A stretch of 64,000 nucleotides of DNA from Octopus sinensis. Its lineage: Eukaryota. Both the position numbers and the translations under genes were made by a program. Positions 33,667 through 47,204 of the stretch are shown here, in pieces; position 1 is the stretch's first letter; each line of letters opens with the position of its first letter. The notes beneath the pieces are model-generated. The model saw only the letters and a list, made by a program, of their open reading frames with translations, made no database searches and was not told where the DNA came from. Where the stretch lies: NCBI RefSeq assembly GCF_006345805.1, contig NC_043023.1, forward strand, positions 20,088,001 to 20,152,000, in the 5' to 3' direction.

Positions 33667-33939
33667 TAGATAGATAGATAGATAGATAGACACACACACA
33701 CTGATAGATAGACCTCTTTGTTTTCTAACTCGATAATATATCAATATATACGACGGGCTGCTTTCACTTTCCGTTTACCAAATCCACTCACAAGGCTTTG
33801 GTCAGCCCTAGGCTATAGTAGAAGACACTTGTCCACGGTGCCACGCAGTGAGACTGAACCCGGAACCCTGCGTTTGGGAAGTAAGAAGCTTACCGCACAA
33901 CCACGCTGTACACACTGCGTGCGGTTAAGTGACGCAACA

Positions 33940-33978
<39 letters not shown>

Positions 33979-34059
33979 TAATCACAACACATCGCATACA
34001 CACACACAAACATAAATCTGGCGATGAGAGGAGGGAGAGAGCAAAAAAAGAACGAACAT

Positions 34060-34480
34060 GAGAGAAGTGATAGAGGGTGAAAGTGAAAGACAAGGAAAAA
34101 TGAGAGAGAGTGAGAGGTTGAGTAGAGGGAGGAGAGATAGAGGGTGAAAGTGAAAGACAAAGAAAAAGGAGAGAGTGAGAGGTTGAGTAGAGGGTGAAAG
34201 TGATAGACAAAGACAAATGAGGGAGTGAGAGGTTGAGTAGAGGGCGAAAGTGAAAGACAAAGAAGGAGACAGAGAGTGAACGGTTGCGTATTGGGAGGAG
34301 AGATGGAGGGTGAAAGTGAAAGACAAGGAAAAAGGAGAGAGGGAGAGGTTGAGTAGAGGGCGAAAGTGAAAGACAAAGAAGGAGACACTGAGTGAACGGT
34401 TGTGTATTGGGAGGAGAGATGGAGGGTGAAAGACAAGGAAAAAGGAGTGAGTGAGTGGTTGAGTAGAGGGAGGAGAAAGC
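34060..34480 (+). repeat. Polypurine minisatellite, about 50-70 bp units
   Basis: GAGGG(T/C)GAAAGTGAAAGACAA and GAGAGGTTGAGTAGAGGG recur. Confidence 0.85.
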
Positions 34481-34959
34481 AAACGCTGCCTTCGCTGTGC
34501 ATGCTGGGTAATTTGTTTCTCTTCAGTGAACAGCGTGTCGTCCATTTGTCTGTCGTTTTGGATCCCAACCTACGTAAGTCATGGCTTATTTTAACATCTT
34601 TCTAAACCTTTACCAACCTCGAAATCACCCACATCTCGTCAAGGAAAGTCTCATCCATTAAATACACTAATTTTTAGAAGAATATTAATTACCTAAAGGC
34701 CTTAAATTTCTTGCCCAATTTCTATGCTTCGTGTTTTCTTCAAATCATGGCGACTTCTGACCAAATCTCCGCCAATAATTATGTTTAATTTTCATCGTTT
34801 TCTGAGCCATAATCTCACAAAATATCCACTCGTTTCCCTCAATATATCTTGGTTATCTAACGCTGGTATATTATGGAAATAAACATGATATTAAGTCCTT
34901 AATTAACCCTACCAAACGATCGTCTGCCTCCTCTTAATTAAGCTCCATTTTCATTATCT

Positions 34960-35269
34960 TCGCTCCGACTCTCTTTTACTTTTTCAGTCCAATTTGACTG
35001 CGGCCATGCTGTAGCACCGCCTTTTTAGTCGAGCGAATCGACCCCCCGGCACTTATTCTTTTTGTAAGCCCAGTACTTATTCTATCGGGCTCTTTTTGTC
35101 GAACCGCTAGATGACGGGGACGTAAACACACCAGCATCGGTTGTCAAGCAATGCTAGGGGGACAAACACAGACACACAAACACACACACACACGCATACA
35201 TATATATATATACATATATATGGTACATATATATATATATGCATATATATATATATGTACATATATATG

Positions 35270-35300
<31 letters not shown>

Positions 35301-36376
35301 CATATATATATACATATATGCATATATATATACATATATATGGTACATATATAATATATATGAATATATATATATACATATATGCATATATATATACATA
35401 TATATGGTACATATATAATATATGCATATATATATATATATATATATGCATATATATAATACATATATATGGTACATATATATATATATGCATATATATG
35501 CATGGCTCAGTGGTTAGAGCGTCGAGCTTACGATCGTGAGGTTGTGAGCTCGAATCCCGGACCGGGCTGCGTGTTGTGTTCTGAGCAAGACACTTTATTT
35601 CACGTTGCTCCAGTTCACTCAGCTGTAGAAATGAGTTGCGACGTCACAGGTGCCAAGCTGTAATTGGCCCCTTTGCCTTTCCCTTGGATAACATCAGAGG
35701 CGTGGAGAGGGGAGGCTGGTATGCATGGGCGACTGCTGGTCTTCCATAAAACAACCAGAGGTGCAAACCCATGGTCAGTGTCTGACCGAAGGGGGGTCAC
35801 ATGGTACATATATATGGTACATATATGTATATATGCATATATATAATATATATATATACATACATATATATATATGGTACATATATATATACATATATAT
35901 GGTAAATATATATATATATGCATATATATATAATATATATATATGCATATATATATACATATATATGGTACATATATATATATATATGCATATATATATA
36001 TATATATGCATATATATATATATATATGCATATGTACCATATATATATATGTATATATATATATGCATATATATATGGTATATATATGTATATATATATA
36101 TGCATATATATATGGTACATATATATATATATGGTACATATATATATATATATGCATATATATATGGTACATATATATATATATATATGCATATATATAT
36201 GGTACATATATATATATATATATATAATGCATATATATATGGTACATATATCATATATATATGGTACATATATATGCATATATATATACATATATATATA
36301 TGGTACATATGCATAATATATATATATACATATATAATATGGTACATTATATATAGTATATTATATATATATGGTA

Positions 36377-36423
<47 letters not shown>

Positions 36424-36580
36424 GACAGGCTTCTTTCAGTTTCCGTCTTCCAAATCAATTCACAAGGCATTGGTCGGCCCGGTGCTATAGCAGAAGACAC
36501 TTGCCCAAGATGCCACGCAGTGGGACTGAACCCGGAACCATGTGGTTGGTAAGCAAGCTACTTACCACACAGCCACTCCT
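34960..36580 (-). mobile_element. Bipartite SINE whose central microsatellite has expanded (about 35190-36420) and hosts a CORE-SINE
   Basis: Tail at 34960-35190 and head at 36422-36580 in the same orientation; (TA)n punctuated by GCAT and GGTAC words. Confidence 0.75.
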
Positions 36581-36803
36581 ATTCTTCACTTTCGTCTTTT
36601 TATCTCTTGTACCTTTGCTTCCAAAATTCTCCGGTTCCGGACGACAGCATTTCAAATATATCTTCGAGTCGTTGAATTGCGGCCATGCTGGAGCACCGCC
36701 TTTGAATGTAAAACTTTTAAAGTCGCCTAGTGTTTAATCTAGCGGTTGTTTATGCCGAGGAGCTAAGTGATTTCAACGTAAACAAACAAACACCGGTCAT
36801 TGG

Positions 36804-36981
36804 TACTACTTAAGAAGAGTGGTCCCTGTGCGCGCACTCGCGCTAGCTAGTCGTGACTAGTCGATTGTACGACTATCCTGCAAAGTAAATAAAACAAATA
36901 ATTTTTCTTTAAACAAAGTAAGGATCGACTAGTCACGACTAGCTAGCGCGAGTGCGCGCACCGGACCACTCTTAAGTAGTA
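36804..36981. mobile_element. MITE or fold-back element with ~60-bp TIRs
   Basis: TACTACTTAAG..GAGTGGTCC.GTGCGCGCACTCGCGCTAGCTAGTCGTGACTAGTCGAT (36804-36865) is inverted at 36924-36981. Confidence 0.85.
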
Positions 36982-39589
36982 ACCCAAAATTTCAACGTAA
37001 ACAAACAAACACCAGTTATCAAGTGCTGTCGGAGAAGACGCACATATATACTATAGTTGAGAGGTTTGCTTCCCAACCACATGATTCTTGGGCAAGTGTC
37101 TTCTATAGCCCCAGGCCGACCAAAGCCTTGCGAATAGCTTTTATAACAGAAACTGAAAGAAGCCTGTCGTGTGACGGTCGCATCACTGCTTCATAACCGG
37201 TATTGGTTTGTTTACGTCCCCGCAGCCTAGCGGGTCGGCAAAAGAGACCGAAAGAATTCCCCCGATACTAAGGGTACTAAGGTCCATTCGTTCGACGATG
37301 ATTCTTCAAGATATTGCTCCAGCATGGCCGCAGTCAAATAAGCTGGAACAAGTTGGTTCTTTGAATATCTGGTTTTGGTACTTTCATAATCACACGGCGG
37401 GTTTCCACGCAGTTTCCGTCTACCAAGGCTTTAATCGGCCGGAGCCACTGGCTCAAGATGCCAAGTTGTGGTACCGAACCTGGAACCATGTGATCGATAA
37501 GTAAACACATGTATCGTGCCCTTAATTTTGCCGCTCAAAATTTCCTGTGCTCGGAGCGACCCTTTGTCAATAATTGTGTATTTTCTATCCTTTCTTAGAT
37601 GCAGTTTTAACCCCCAAAACGTCCGAAAGGGTTTGTCTGTATTTGTCTCAGCCACAAAAGGAGGGTCTTTATATGAGAATTAAATATACAAGGCCCTTAG
37701 TTTTGCTGTGGAAACTGTTGTTTGCTTTTGTATCTCGTGTTCCATGTGAATCCTCCCCCTCTTGTGGACGGGTTTCGGGTTTTGGCCCCTTCATGTCCAA
37801 AATTGTTTATTTTTAAGGATACCGATTCTTTAATTACCTAATCTTCGAAATAAATTCCCAATATTTGAATGAATTTTCGAACAAGGGCCATTTTATGGGA
37901 ATATATATTCCTATAAAAAGAAGCCCTTAATTTCGGTGTGAAAACTGTTGCATGTTTGTTTTCCTCATTAAATGTGTCCCGACACTATTTGGGAACCTAC
38001 TTGTGTAAAACATTTACACTCTTTCTGGCCCCTTATCAGGGACATCATAGTATTTACAGGCCATCGAACAAACCAATGCATCGGACCCTATAGTATTTTT
38101 CTTTGACAGTCACACTATGCATAGATCAGAATTGGGGCGCCTAGACTCCGAGCACCCTCCCCAGGCAAGTCAATGCACTGCACCCTATAGAATTTGACAG
38201 TAATCCACAGAATACATTAGAATTGGGTTTCTAAACTGCTGAGAACCCCACCATCTCGAGGGGTGAATGCCCTGGGTCTTATAGGTCTTGACAGTAAGCC
38301 AGAGGATGCATAGATCTTGAGGCAGCTGCCCATGCCTAAAAACGGTCTTGCAAACCCCGTCCCCAAATGTTCTGTCAATGATTGAATTTTGATTGTGCCC
38401 TTAATTTTAGTGTCGAAATCCTTGTTTTTTTTTTTTTTTTTTTTCTCCCCATCTCATTACATGTGTCGTTCATAATAGCGACAGCGTTTGTTTGTCAAGG
38501 CGGAAGAACCCTAACTCAGTGAAACCCACTTATTAGCCCTATTCTTTTGGAAAGGGGAAACCTGTAAAAAAAAAAAAATATTTTCAGACTTAACTTAAAT
38601 CTTAAAAGTGCCCTCCCCCCCTTACAGATCCAGTTAACCCATGTCCCTGCTTTTAAAGTGAGTCTCTTTATGGGAATATATATATATATCATACAAAGTC
38701 CTTAATTTTGCTGCCAATACTGTCGTGTGCTCTATGCTTTTCTCATGTTACATGTGTCCCCTTCAAAATGGCGACATCGTCTGGGTTTTTATTTATTTAT
38801 TTATTTTTGTGTGTGAATTCTTTTTAGGGCTCCGTGAAAAGCTACAAACCCCAACTTTGCAAAAGATGACCCCCTCCCCCAAATCTCATTCAATATTTGT
38901 TTGAGCTATGAAACGAGGGTCCTTTTTATGCGCGTGTCATGCGAAACCTTTACTTTCCGCTGTCGTCATCTCGCCATGTGAGACGGGGTGGGGGTGCGTC
39001 TCAGACCTACAGCTTTCATTTTAACCCCTGCCCCTTAACTAACCCCAGATTTTCACTAAATATTTATATCACCTACTAACCTAGGGTCCTCCTATATGAC
39101 TATATGTAATGCGAAGTCTTTAATTTCGCTGTCGAAACTGCGGCCTGGCTTTTCTCTCCATGTTGTGTGTCTCGTTTGTAAATGTCGACGACTGAGAGGG
39201 GAGGGGGGAGAGGTAGACTTTGAACCCAATTGTTTTAACTTTACTACGGCTCCCTTAACCCCGACCTGACTAATCCCAGATTTTCATTACATATTTTTAT
39301 CATCTATTAAAGGAAAGGCTCCTTTTTATACGAATATATATATACCAAACGAAGCCCTTAACACTCGCATTTCTCTCTCTCTCTCTCTCCATGTTCGCTG
39401 TAGTCGTTATTAATGGCGGGCAGGCGCTTGGTCGTCGTCTGTCTTTCTTTCTAGCTCCTATCTCGCCGTTTTCCAGGCCTGCTTCTCGCCAGGAGACCCA
39501 CCGGATTTATTCACGTATATCTCAGTTATTAAACGACTGGCTATTTTCTAGGAACTTGAATAATTCAACCAGAGACTAAATAAATAAAA

Positions 39590-39790
39590 AAAAAGATGTC
39601 CGTTTATTCGTTCTTCGCCTCCGTCGTCGTCGTCATCGTGGTGTCTAGTCATTAATGGCCGACACCGAACAATGGTTTCGCTTTCTCTTTTTTATTATTA
39701 TTTTTTTTATTCTGCGGGTTTTCTATAGAAGTCTAAGCAAAATGGCTATAAAATTTGGAAGAGAGTTGTAAAGAAAGGATCGGTGAAGGT
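39590..39790 (+). promoter_or_regulatory. Possible promoter or 5'UTR exon region of the SRSF7-like gene
   Basis: Non-repetitive, CpG-containing stretch with AATGGCG/AATGGCC words and a pyrimidine run, followed by TG/TA-rich intron-like DNA. No strong donor was identified. Confidence 0.25.
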
Positions 39791-41249
39791 TTTGATGTTG
39801 GAAATGAGCAAATTCGTGGAAAATAAACTGATATTTTTATGTATCTATCTATGTGTGTGTGTTGAAACGAAAACTCGTAGCATGGATAGTGTTGAATTTT
39901 TGTATATATTAGATGTGCGTGTGTGTATGTGGATATATATATATATATATATATGTGTGTCCTATTGTGGTTGATGTGTGTATATGTCTTATGATTCTAG
40001 GTTGTGTAAATTAATGTCGAATTTTTGTAAGTGCTCACTAATAGCAATGTGTTATTTTGTGTGTATTCATATATACACGTGTGTAGAATGTGTCTATAAG
40101 CAGTTAAATACTACTACTAATAATAATAATAACAATAACAACAACGAACAGTGGTTGTATTGTAGTTTGGCTGTGTAAATGCTGAAAGAACCACTCTGGT
40201 TATTTTACTAAATAGGTTTGTATATCTGCGTTATGGTATTAAGGTGTTTAAATTAATGCCAAATGAATTCTTGGTGTGTGTAGATGTAGTGCTCACTATA
40301 GTAATAAATGTGTGCGTGTATATATATGTATGTATATTGAGGTGTGTCTAAGGGTTATGTCATTGTTCAACTGTAGAAGTTGTGCAGTATTAAATGTATA
40401 TATGTATAATATATATATAATTTTCCAGTGTGTGCAGTATTGTATATAGTTTATCTAATACAGTTACGTTTATGTATATCTGTATGTACGTGTGTGTGTA
40501 TGTATATTTTCAGCATGTAATTTATCAAATGCTACATCTTCATTGTAGATATGTGTGTATATATAATTGTATACGTTGCAACCCTCTGATTCAGCCGTTC
40601 CAATCATGACCACCTGCTTTAATATATTCAGCCTTCCCGCCTCATATTTACGCCTACGTCGTTCTCCAGTCTACCCTCTTGTTGTTAGGAAGGGCACTAG
40701 GCTGCTATATCTAGCAGGCCTAGTGACCTTGCTACTATTTCAATGTGCAAAAATGTTTTGAATTGTGTGTGTGTGTGTGTATATGTATGCATACACACGT
40801 GTGTTAATGAAATGGTAAATGGCCTGGTTTTTAATATTGGATTTGTGTGTATATATAGATGTTTATACGTGTCTGTGTATGCTTATATGGATATATATAC
40901 CCATACATTCGTATATGTATAAACATATATAAAGATTTATATAGATGTATTTATGTTTGAACATATAGTTGCGTTTATACATAAATACATATATCAAATG
41001 TGTGTGTGCTCGCGTCTATTGTTGAATATGTAGGTCAAGCTAAATAGCCATTTGTGTGTGCGCATGTATGTGTATATATATATATATATAGCATATACAC
41101 ACTCATGCACGCACTTGGCCTTCGTTTAATGTGGAGGTTTTTATTTACAATAAACATAGGAGCTTATTGTTTCTGCTAAAGTAATTTATAAATTCTTCAC
41201 TCCGCGTGTTTATATATTCACGTATGTATGTATATGTGCGTGTGTGTGC

Positions 41250-41294
<45 letters not shown>

Positions 41295-42146
41295 TCTACA
41301 CAGACCTCTCCTTCACATCTTTCCCCCTCGCTCTGGTCTTTTTACTCTTTCCTCTCCTCCTCCCCCCTTCCTCGTTGGTATAGGTTACCATCTTTCACCT
41401 CCTCCTACTCCTACACTACATATCTCTTCATCTTTCTCCCCTCCTTCGCCACATTTCCCTTCTCCTCCTACTCTCCCTCTTCTGCCATGGTTGACTAATA
41501 TTCAGTAATGATACTTGGTGGTGGTGGTATACGGAGTTGTTTTTTTTAACCCTAGGCCATTGTTGTTTCTAGATGGGCCCCACAGATCACAGTGGTTCTC
41601 AACTGAAGTCCATGTGGTCCTTGAGGGTGGGGGCCACGAATTTTTCGTGTTAAAATTTATCCAATAAATTTGTGATACTTCTACAATTCACAAAATATTT
41701 TAGCATTTTTTTTTTGTTTTTTAAATTTCTAATAATATTTTAAAAGAGAATTTTTAAAAATCGAAAGGTTACAGGGGCCCACCTTAGTAAAATACGATTC
41801 AAAGGGGTCGGCGGCTAAAAGATGGTAGAGGTTCTTTTCTCTAGCTCGCGTGTGTGTCTGTGGCTTTGATAAACACGTGGAAGAATTTTAATCTAGATTT
41901 AGTTTTGCAAGTGTCTAGATTGTTCCAGCCGTGACCACCTCGTCCCAATTTTTGCGTATCTGGCACAGTAGATTCTACGGCCATAAATCGACTATTTCTC
42001 ACAGTTAAGGGATCACGTGCCTTAGGCGTTGAGAAATAGGTCATACATGCTGGAAGCAACCACTTGTCTAAATTTATATCGTCTGTGCCTCTCCCTCTTT
42101 GTGTGTGTGTTACCAGAATAAGGTATGATTTGGAGAAATTTGGTTA

Positions 42147-42578
42147 TCTTTCTCTATATAAACGGCAGTTTGTCTGTCTGTGTGTCTGTGAGGTTGTACC
42201 CTCACCCTGACCACGGCTTTCAACCGATTCTGATGAAACTTGACACACACATAGCCCAATGTCATAATTCAAAACTAACTCAGCAAAAATTTTGAAACGT
42301 TCCCCCAGTTCTGAAAAGAATCGATAAATTCGACATGGGGTCGAGAATCTAAGCTTTTTATATGCAACACATTTTCTGTCTAGGGGACACAACTCAACCT
42401 TTTTATCGCCCAAAGGGACAGCTAGGAATATCGTATATACAGAAGTATTCGAGTGAAGAGAAGACATTGCAACCTACACATGCGCCTTCGTTCCCTAGAG
42501 GGAAAGGACTAGATTGGGATTAGTCATTGCCTACTAGGGGCTCTTACATACCCGGGCAACGCCAGGCTATGCTGCTAG
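42147..42578 (+). mobile_element. Non-autonomous Helitron (5' module A, different 3' module Z)
   Basis: First ~250 bp match 11847-12100; 3' CCCGGGCAACGCCAGG plus CTAG|T. Confidence 0.8.
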
Positions 42579-42749
42579 TCTGTTATATTTGATCTATTAT
42601 AACTCTTGTGAAGGCACGTGACTTAGTGATCAGGTCACAAGTTCGATTCCTGAGTTGAGCTCTGAGTGGCTGTATGCAATTGAGTTCCTGGCTGGGGTCC
42701 AGAACTCTTGTGGGAAAAAAAATTTTGTGACCTGGCGAATGCGTGCGTG

Positions 42750-43150
42750 TTGCTGGAGATCTTCAATCGCTTCTGTATTTGTTGTCTTCTCAGACTGCAT
42801 TTCAAACCAACAGCTTTATGCTTGCCCTGGTCTCTCACTTCTTGAGGGAACTCTTCTGACGAGGAGACTTTGGTGATTTGGTCAGGTGCTGTGGTGCTCC
42901 CGTCAGGAACTCATCCTGAAGGCAACAGCCCCAGATCCTTCCCCCTGGGTTGGCGTAAGCAGAAAGGTTGTCAGCTGAAGACGTGGCTTGCAATAGTCAA
43001 AGCAGATATAGAGCTCGTTTCTGGCCCATGAATCTTTGGCATTTGTTGCTGGAACTAGGAATGGCTTCAACAATCTGCCGAATTGGCCGCCTACAGACAT
43101 GCATGTAGTGCTTTGGTCCTTGATGCCGTGAACTCAATAGGAAGTCGTTG
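42750..43150 (+). mobile_element. Old RTE (SR2-like) 3' fragment
   Basis: RRLW*FGQVL...QLKTWLAIVKADIELVSGP*IFG...W...ELAAYR...DAVNS. Confidence 0.55.
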
Positions 43151-43985
43151 TAACCACCTCCAGGTGAATGCCATTACAAGATGGAAAGTTTACATGTGGT
43201 ACCAGTATACATGTCAGATATCCCTCTCACAATAGTGGTAACTTGTCCTGACACATCTCCACCACCATCTCTCTCTCCTTTTCTCTCTCTCTCTCCATTG
43301 TTTTCCAACTAATATTCTTATACCTCTTCTGCATCCAGGCATCTATCCGTATCCCTCTTTTTTTTTTTTTAACCTCTCATCAATTGGCACAAAGTGACCC
43401 CCTCATTACTATTCACTGCCCAGTTGAGGGTTCTCTCTGTCTTGCTGGTGCCATGCTAAAAAGCACCCATTGCCGCTCTGTAAAGTGGTTGGCATTAGGA
43501 AGGGCATCCAGCCATGGACACCACACCAAAACAGACAATAGAGTTTTGTGTAGTCGTCTGGCTTGTCAGCTCTTAGCAAGCCATCTAACACAAGTCAGCA
43601 TAGGAAGCAGATGTTAAAATGATGATGATACAGAGACAAGGAGTTGTAATTGTGCAGTTGGTGGAACAGAGTTGTTTACATGTCTTACCAATATGTGTGT
43701 TAGATGCCCCCCCTCACTCTCCTGTTAGTACTGGTCGTATGATGTCACAATGTGTGTCATGCAAGTTAGTAGTAGTAGTAATATGAATAGAGGTGTGCCT
43801 GTGCCTCTGGAGTGGAATGTGAACTGTTTATACATGAATACCATTATGTCAGTTTGTCTCTTTATCTCCTGGTGGCTGTGGTGCTGGTAGTAGTAGTAGT
43901 ATTAGTAGTGTCTTTATTATAGACACAACGCCAGTAGTTTTTGCTTGAAGTGTGTTAACATCAACTCTATTGCTTGACTGGTAAT

Positions 43986-44214
43986 TTAACCCTTTAGCAT
44001 TTAAACCGGCCATATCCGGCCAAAAGTATTCTGTCTGTTTTATGTTCAAACTGGCCAGATCTGGTCTCTCACACCGACCCTACAATGTCATTTTAAAAAT
44101 TAACAGCTACCTCATCAAAATCTCATAGCTACAAGATAATGCCTGGTTAGTTCAAAACAATGTGGATGTAAAAGCATTAATTTTGGATGAATAATGCGAA
44201 CACTAAAGGGTTAA
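43986..44214. mobile_element. TTAA-CCC MITE (relatives at about 2424-2640 and 62909-63137)
   Basis: TTAA-CCCTTTAG...CTAAAGGG-TTAA. Confidence 0.8.
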
Positions 44215-45918
44215 TAGATCCCCCAAGGATGAAAGGCAGTTGATGTGCTGCAAAAGAGCTGGTGGCTGAATGACTACGAAAGAGATGTGGTGGTGGTGTA
44301 TCCCATGACTAGGTCCTTGGAAAGGAACTGTTGTTTTCATGTGGTACCAGTATATACTAGGTGTGTGTGTGTGTGTGTGTATGCGCGCCTTGCTCTCTCT
44401 CTCTCTTTCTCTCCAGTGGTAGTGTTGGTGGTGATTTTGTTTGTCATGTGGTGTTTATATGTAAGCAGTCATAGTAATTATGTATATGTGGTGAGTTGGT
44501 TGTTGGAGTGGCAGAAATCTACATGTGGTACCAATGTGTGTGTATTTGGGATAGTAGTTCCCTGTATTTTTCATAAATGCATTCAAACACAATCTGAAAC
44601 AGCTGTAAGCCTATAATAAATATATGACCCACTATTTCTGTCGTGCGTGTGTGCGTAGATGTATGTGTATAGTTCACAGATGAGATCCAGAGATTGTCTA
44701 TATAGAAGACAGTAGTGCTCAAAAGATTCAAACATAGGCGTCAATGTCTTTCCAGGGAATCAATTCCATGAGGTAAAGAAACGGTATAAGAGGGATCAGG
44801 TTGAGCAGGTATGGAAGCAATTTTTGGGATAAACAAATTAGACACATCAAATACAAAATATGTGCGTGTGTGTATATAATTGAAATTTATAGAAAAGCAA
44901 AAGACGAAGACAGGTGTGTGTATGAACAACATGCAAGTGTATTGATTTGACACTCAGAAAAATGAAAAAGTCTCTACATGCAAAACGAGAAAATGCAAAA
45001 GGTGGAAGCTTTCAGGTGATGAATTATCATCATCATCATCGTTTAACGTCCATTCTCCATGCTTGCATGGGTTGGATGGTTCGACCGGGGATCTGTGAAG
45101 CCAGAAGGCTGCACCAGGCTCCAGTCTGATCTGGCAGTGTTTTTACAGCTGGATGCCCTTCCTAATGCCAACCACTCTGTGTGTGTAGTGGGTGCTTTTT
45201 ACATGCCACTGGCACAGGGGCCAGACGAGGCTGGCAAACGGTGATTGTAGAAGTTCCCACATTAGCTCTCGTGTTTTCTCTCCAGGTGTTTGTTGTATGT
45301 CAGGATCAACTTTGACTGATTATATCATTGATCAAGGCAGGGGTTCTCTAACACTACATGGATCTCTTCTTTTGTGTCTTTGTTGTAAAACTGGTTGTGA
45401 TTGGTGGGAGATTTCACTATTTCTGGCAGATTGAAGTGCCACGTAGAATCATTCCTATATTGTGAATTTTCAGGCTATGCTTGTCTCAGGAGGTAGGTTG
45501 GTAGTGTCCCCTGAGGGCTGTAGCTCTCAGTTATGCGTGTCCTTCTGGGAAAACAAAATATTATTCCCTCAGATATCACCTTGCCTGAGCTTGCCCCTGG
45601 TTCTGATAGAAACTTCCCTATTTCAAACTGATCATGTTCCAAACACCATCTTCATAATGACATGTCATCATTTAACATCCATTTTCCACACTGGCATGGG
45701 TTAGATGCTTTGATGAGAGCTTGCCTCATCACGTTCCATTGTCTGTTTTGCCTATCTTTGTAATTTGGAGGAAGCTTTAGTTGCTGTATCTAGCAAGTCA
45801 GTCTAGCAGAGGCTCTCGTTGTTCCCATGGTTATTGCAAGGTCTTTGAATGTCTTCCTTCCCCCCCCTCTCGCTCCCCTTTTTCATCCCTTCTTCATCCT
45901 CCCTCCTAGGTCTAGATA

Positions 45919-46103
45919 ATGGATTGTAAGATTTACGTTGGAGACCTACCGAGAGATGCGTCCGAGAAGGAAATTGAACGGGCATTCTGCTACTATGGCC
46001 CGCTGAGGAACGTCTGGGTTGCTCGCAACCCTTCTGGTTTTGCCTTTGTGGAGTTTGAAGATCCCAGGGATGCAGAAGATGCTGTCCGAGCCCTTGATGG
46101 AAC
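45919..46103 (+). CDS. SRSF7: SR splicing factor SRSF3/7 family, RRM exon
   Basis: [61 protein letters not shown]. Upstream polypyrimidine tract with AG at 45909 and at 45915; donor GTAAGT at 46104. Confidence 0.92.
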
Positions 46104-47204
46104 GTAAGTAAATCCATTTCTCTTCTGTTTTTTCCTGTCTGTGGTGCATGCATTGATCGATAACTTGTTATGCAAATTGAGTAGCCATACTCTCTTGACT
46201 TAGGTTTCAAATTTTGGCACAAGGCCTGCAATTTCGGGGGAGGGGTGAGTCAATTACATCAATCCCAGTGTTCAGCTGGTATTTATTTTATCAACCCTCA
46301 AAGGGATGAAAGATAAAGATGACCTCAACAGAATTTGAATTCAGAACGTGTAGGTGGGTGATATGCCATTAAGCATTTTGGCTGGTGTGCTAACCATTCC
46401 CGCCTACCTTATGACCGTATGTCTCCCCTTTACCAAGGCACCTGCTCCTGCCCCTTTATTGTCAATATCTGGCATAAAGCCACCTCTTTGAATGCTGTAC
46501 TCCTTCCCTGTTGAGGGGTCTTTCCTTGTGACTTATTTAGGGCCCTTACAAATGCTGCTGTCAAGAAAAAATCACCTAGCACTCCCTGTAAAGTGGTTGG
46601 CTTATCCAACCCTAGAAACCCTGCTACAGCTAACTGTGAAGGCCTGCACAGACCTTGGGGCTGGTCAAATCCTGTCAAGCCACCCAACCCTAAATGATGA
46701 TGGTGACTGGTAGTGAATGGCTGGAGTTGTTGGATCATCGGATTAAGGGCTTTGTGGTATTTTTCTGGCTCTGCATTTATGCTTTCAACTTTCATCAGGG
46801 TCGACTCCTGATTTCAACCCTCCTCCTTTCAGAGCCAATAAAATACCATCCAGTGCAGTGGGGCCGACAGTGTTGTTAGGAGCCTCGGATGAGATGGCTT
46901 GCAGTGTTTCCTGGTATCTCTGTTCAAGTTCAGCCTCCTCTTTAATGGGTTAATTGTAGCAGGTATAGGGACCTTTAAGAGCGGGCCGTGAATAGACTGG
47001 ACGCACCTCAGTGTCAGGAGACGTGTCATGTCAACTGAGCTGCATCTTGGTTGCATCAATGTGCATGACAGCAGCAAATGTAGATGCTGTGCTCGAAGCA
47101 GGATTAAGCCCTTAGCATTGCGATTATTGTCAAAGCTAATGCTTATTGATCCACATTGTTTTCAATTAATCATGGAAATAGTAGTTGTGATACTATTGGC
47201 GTTA

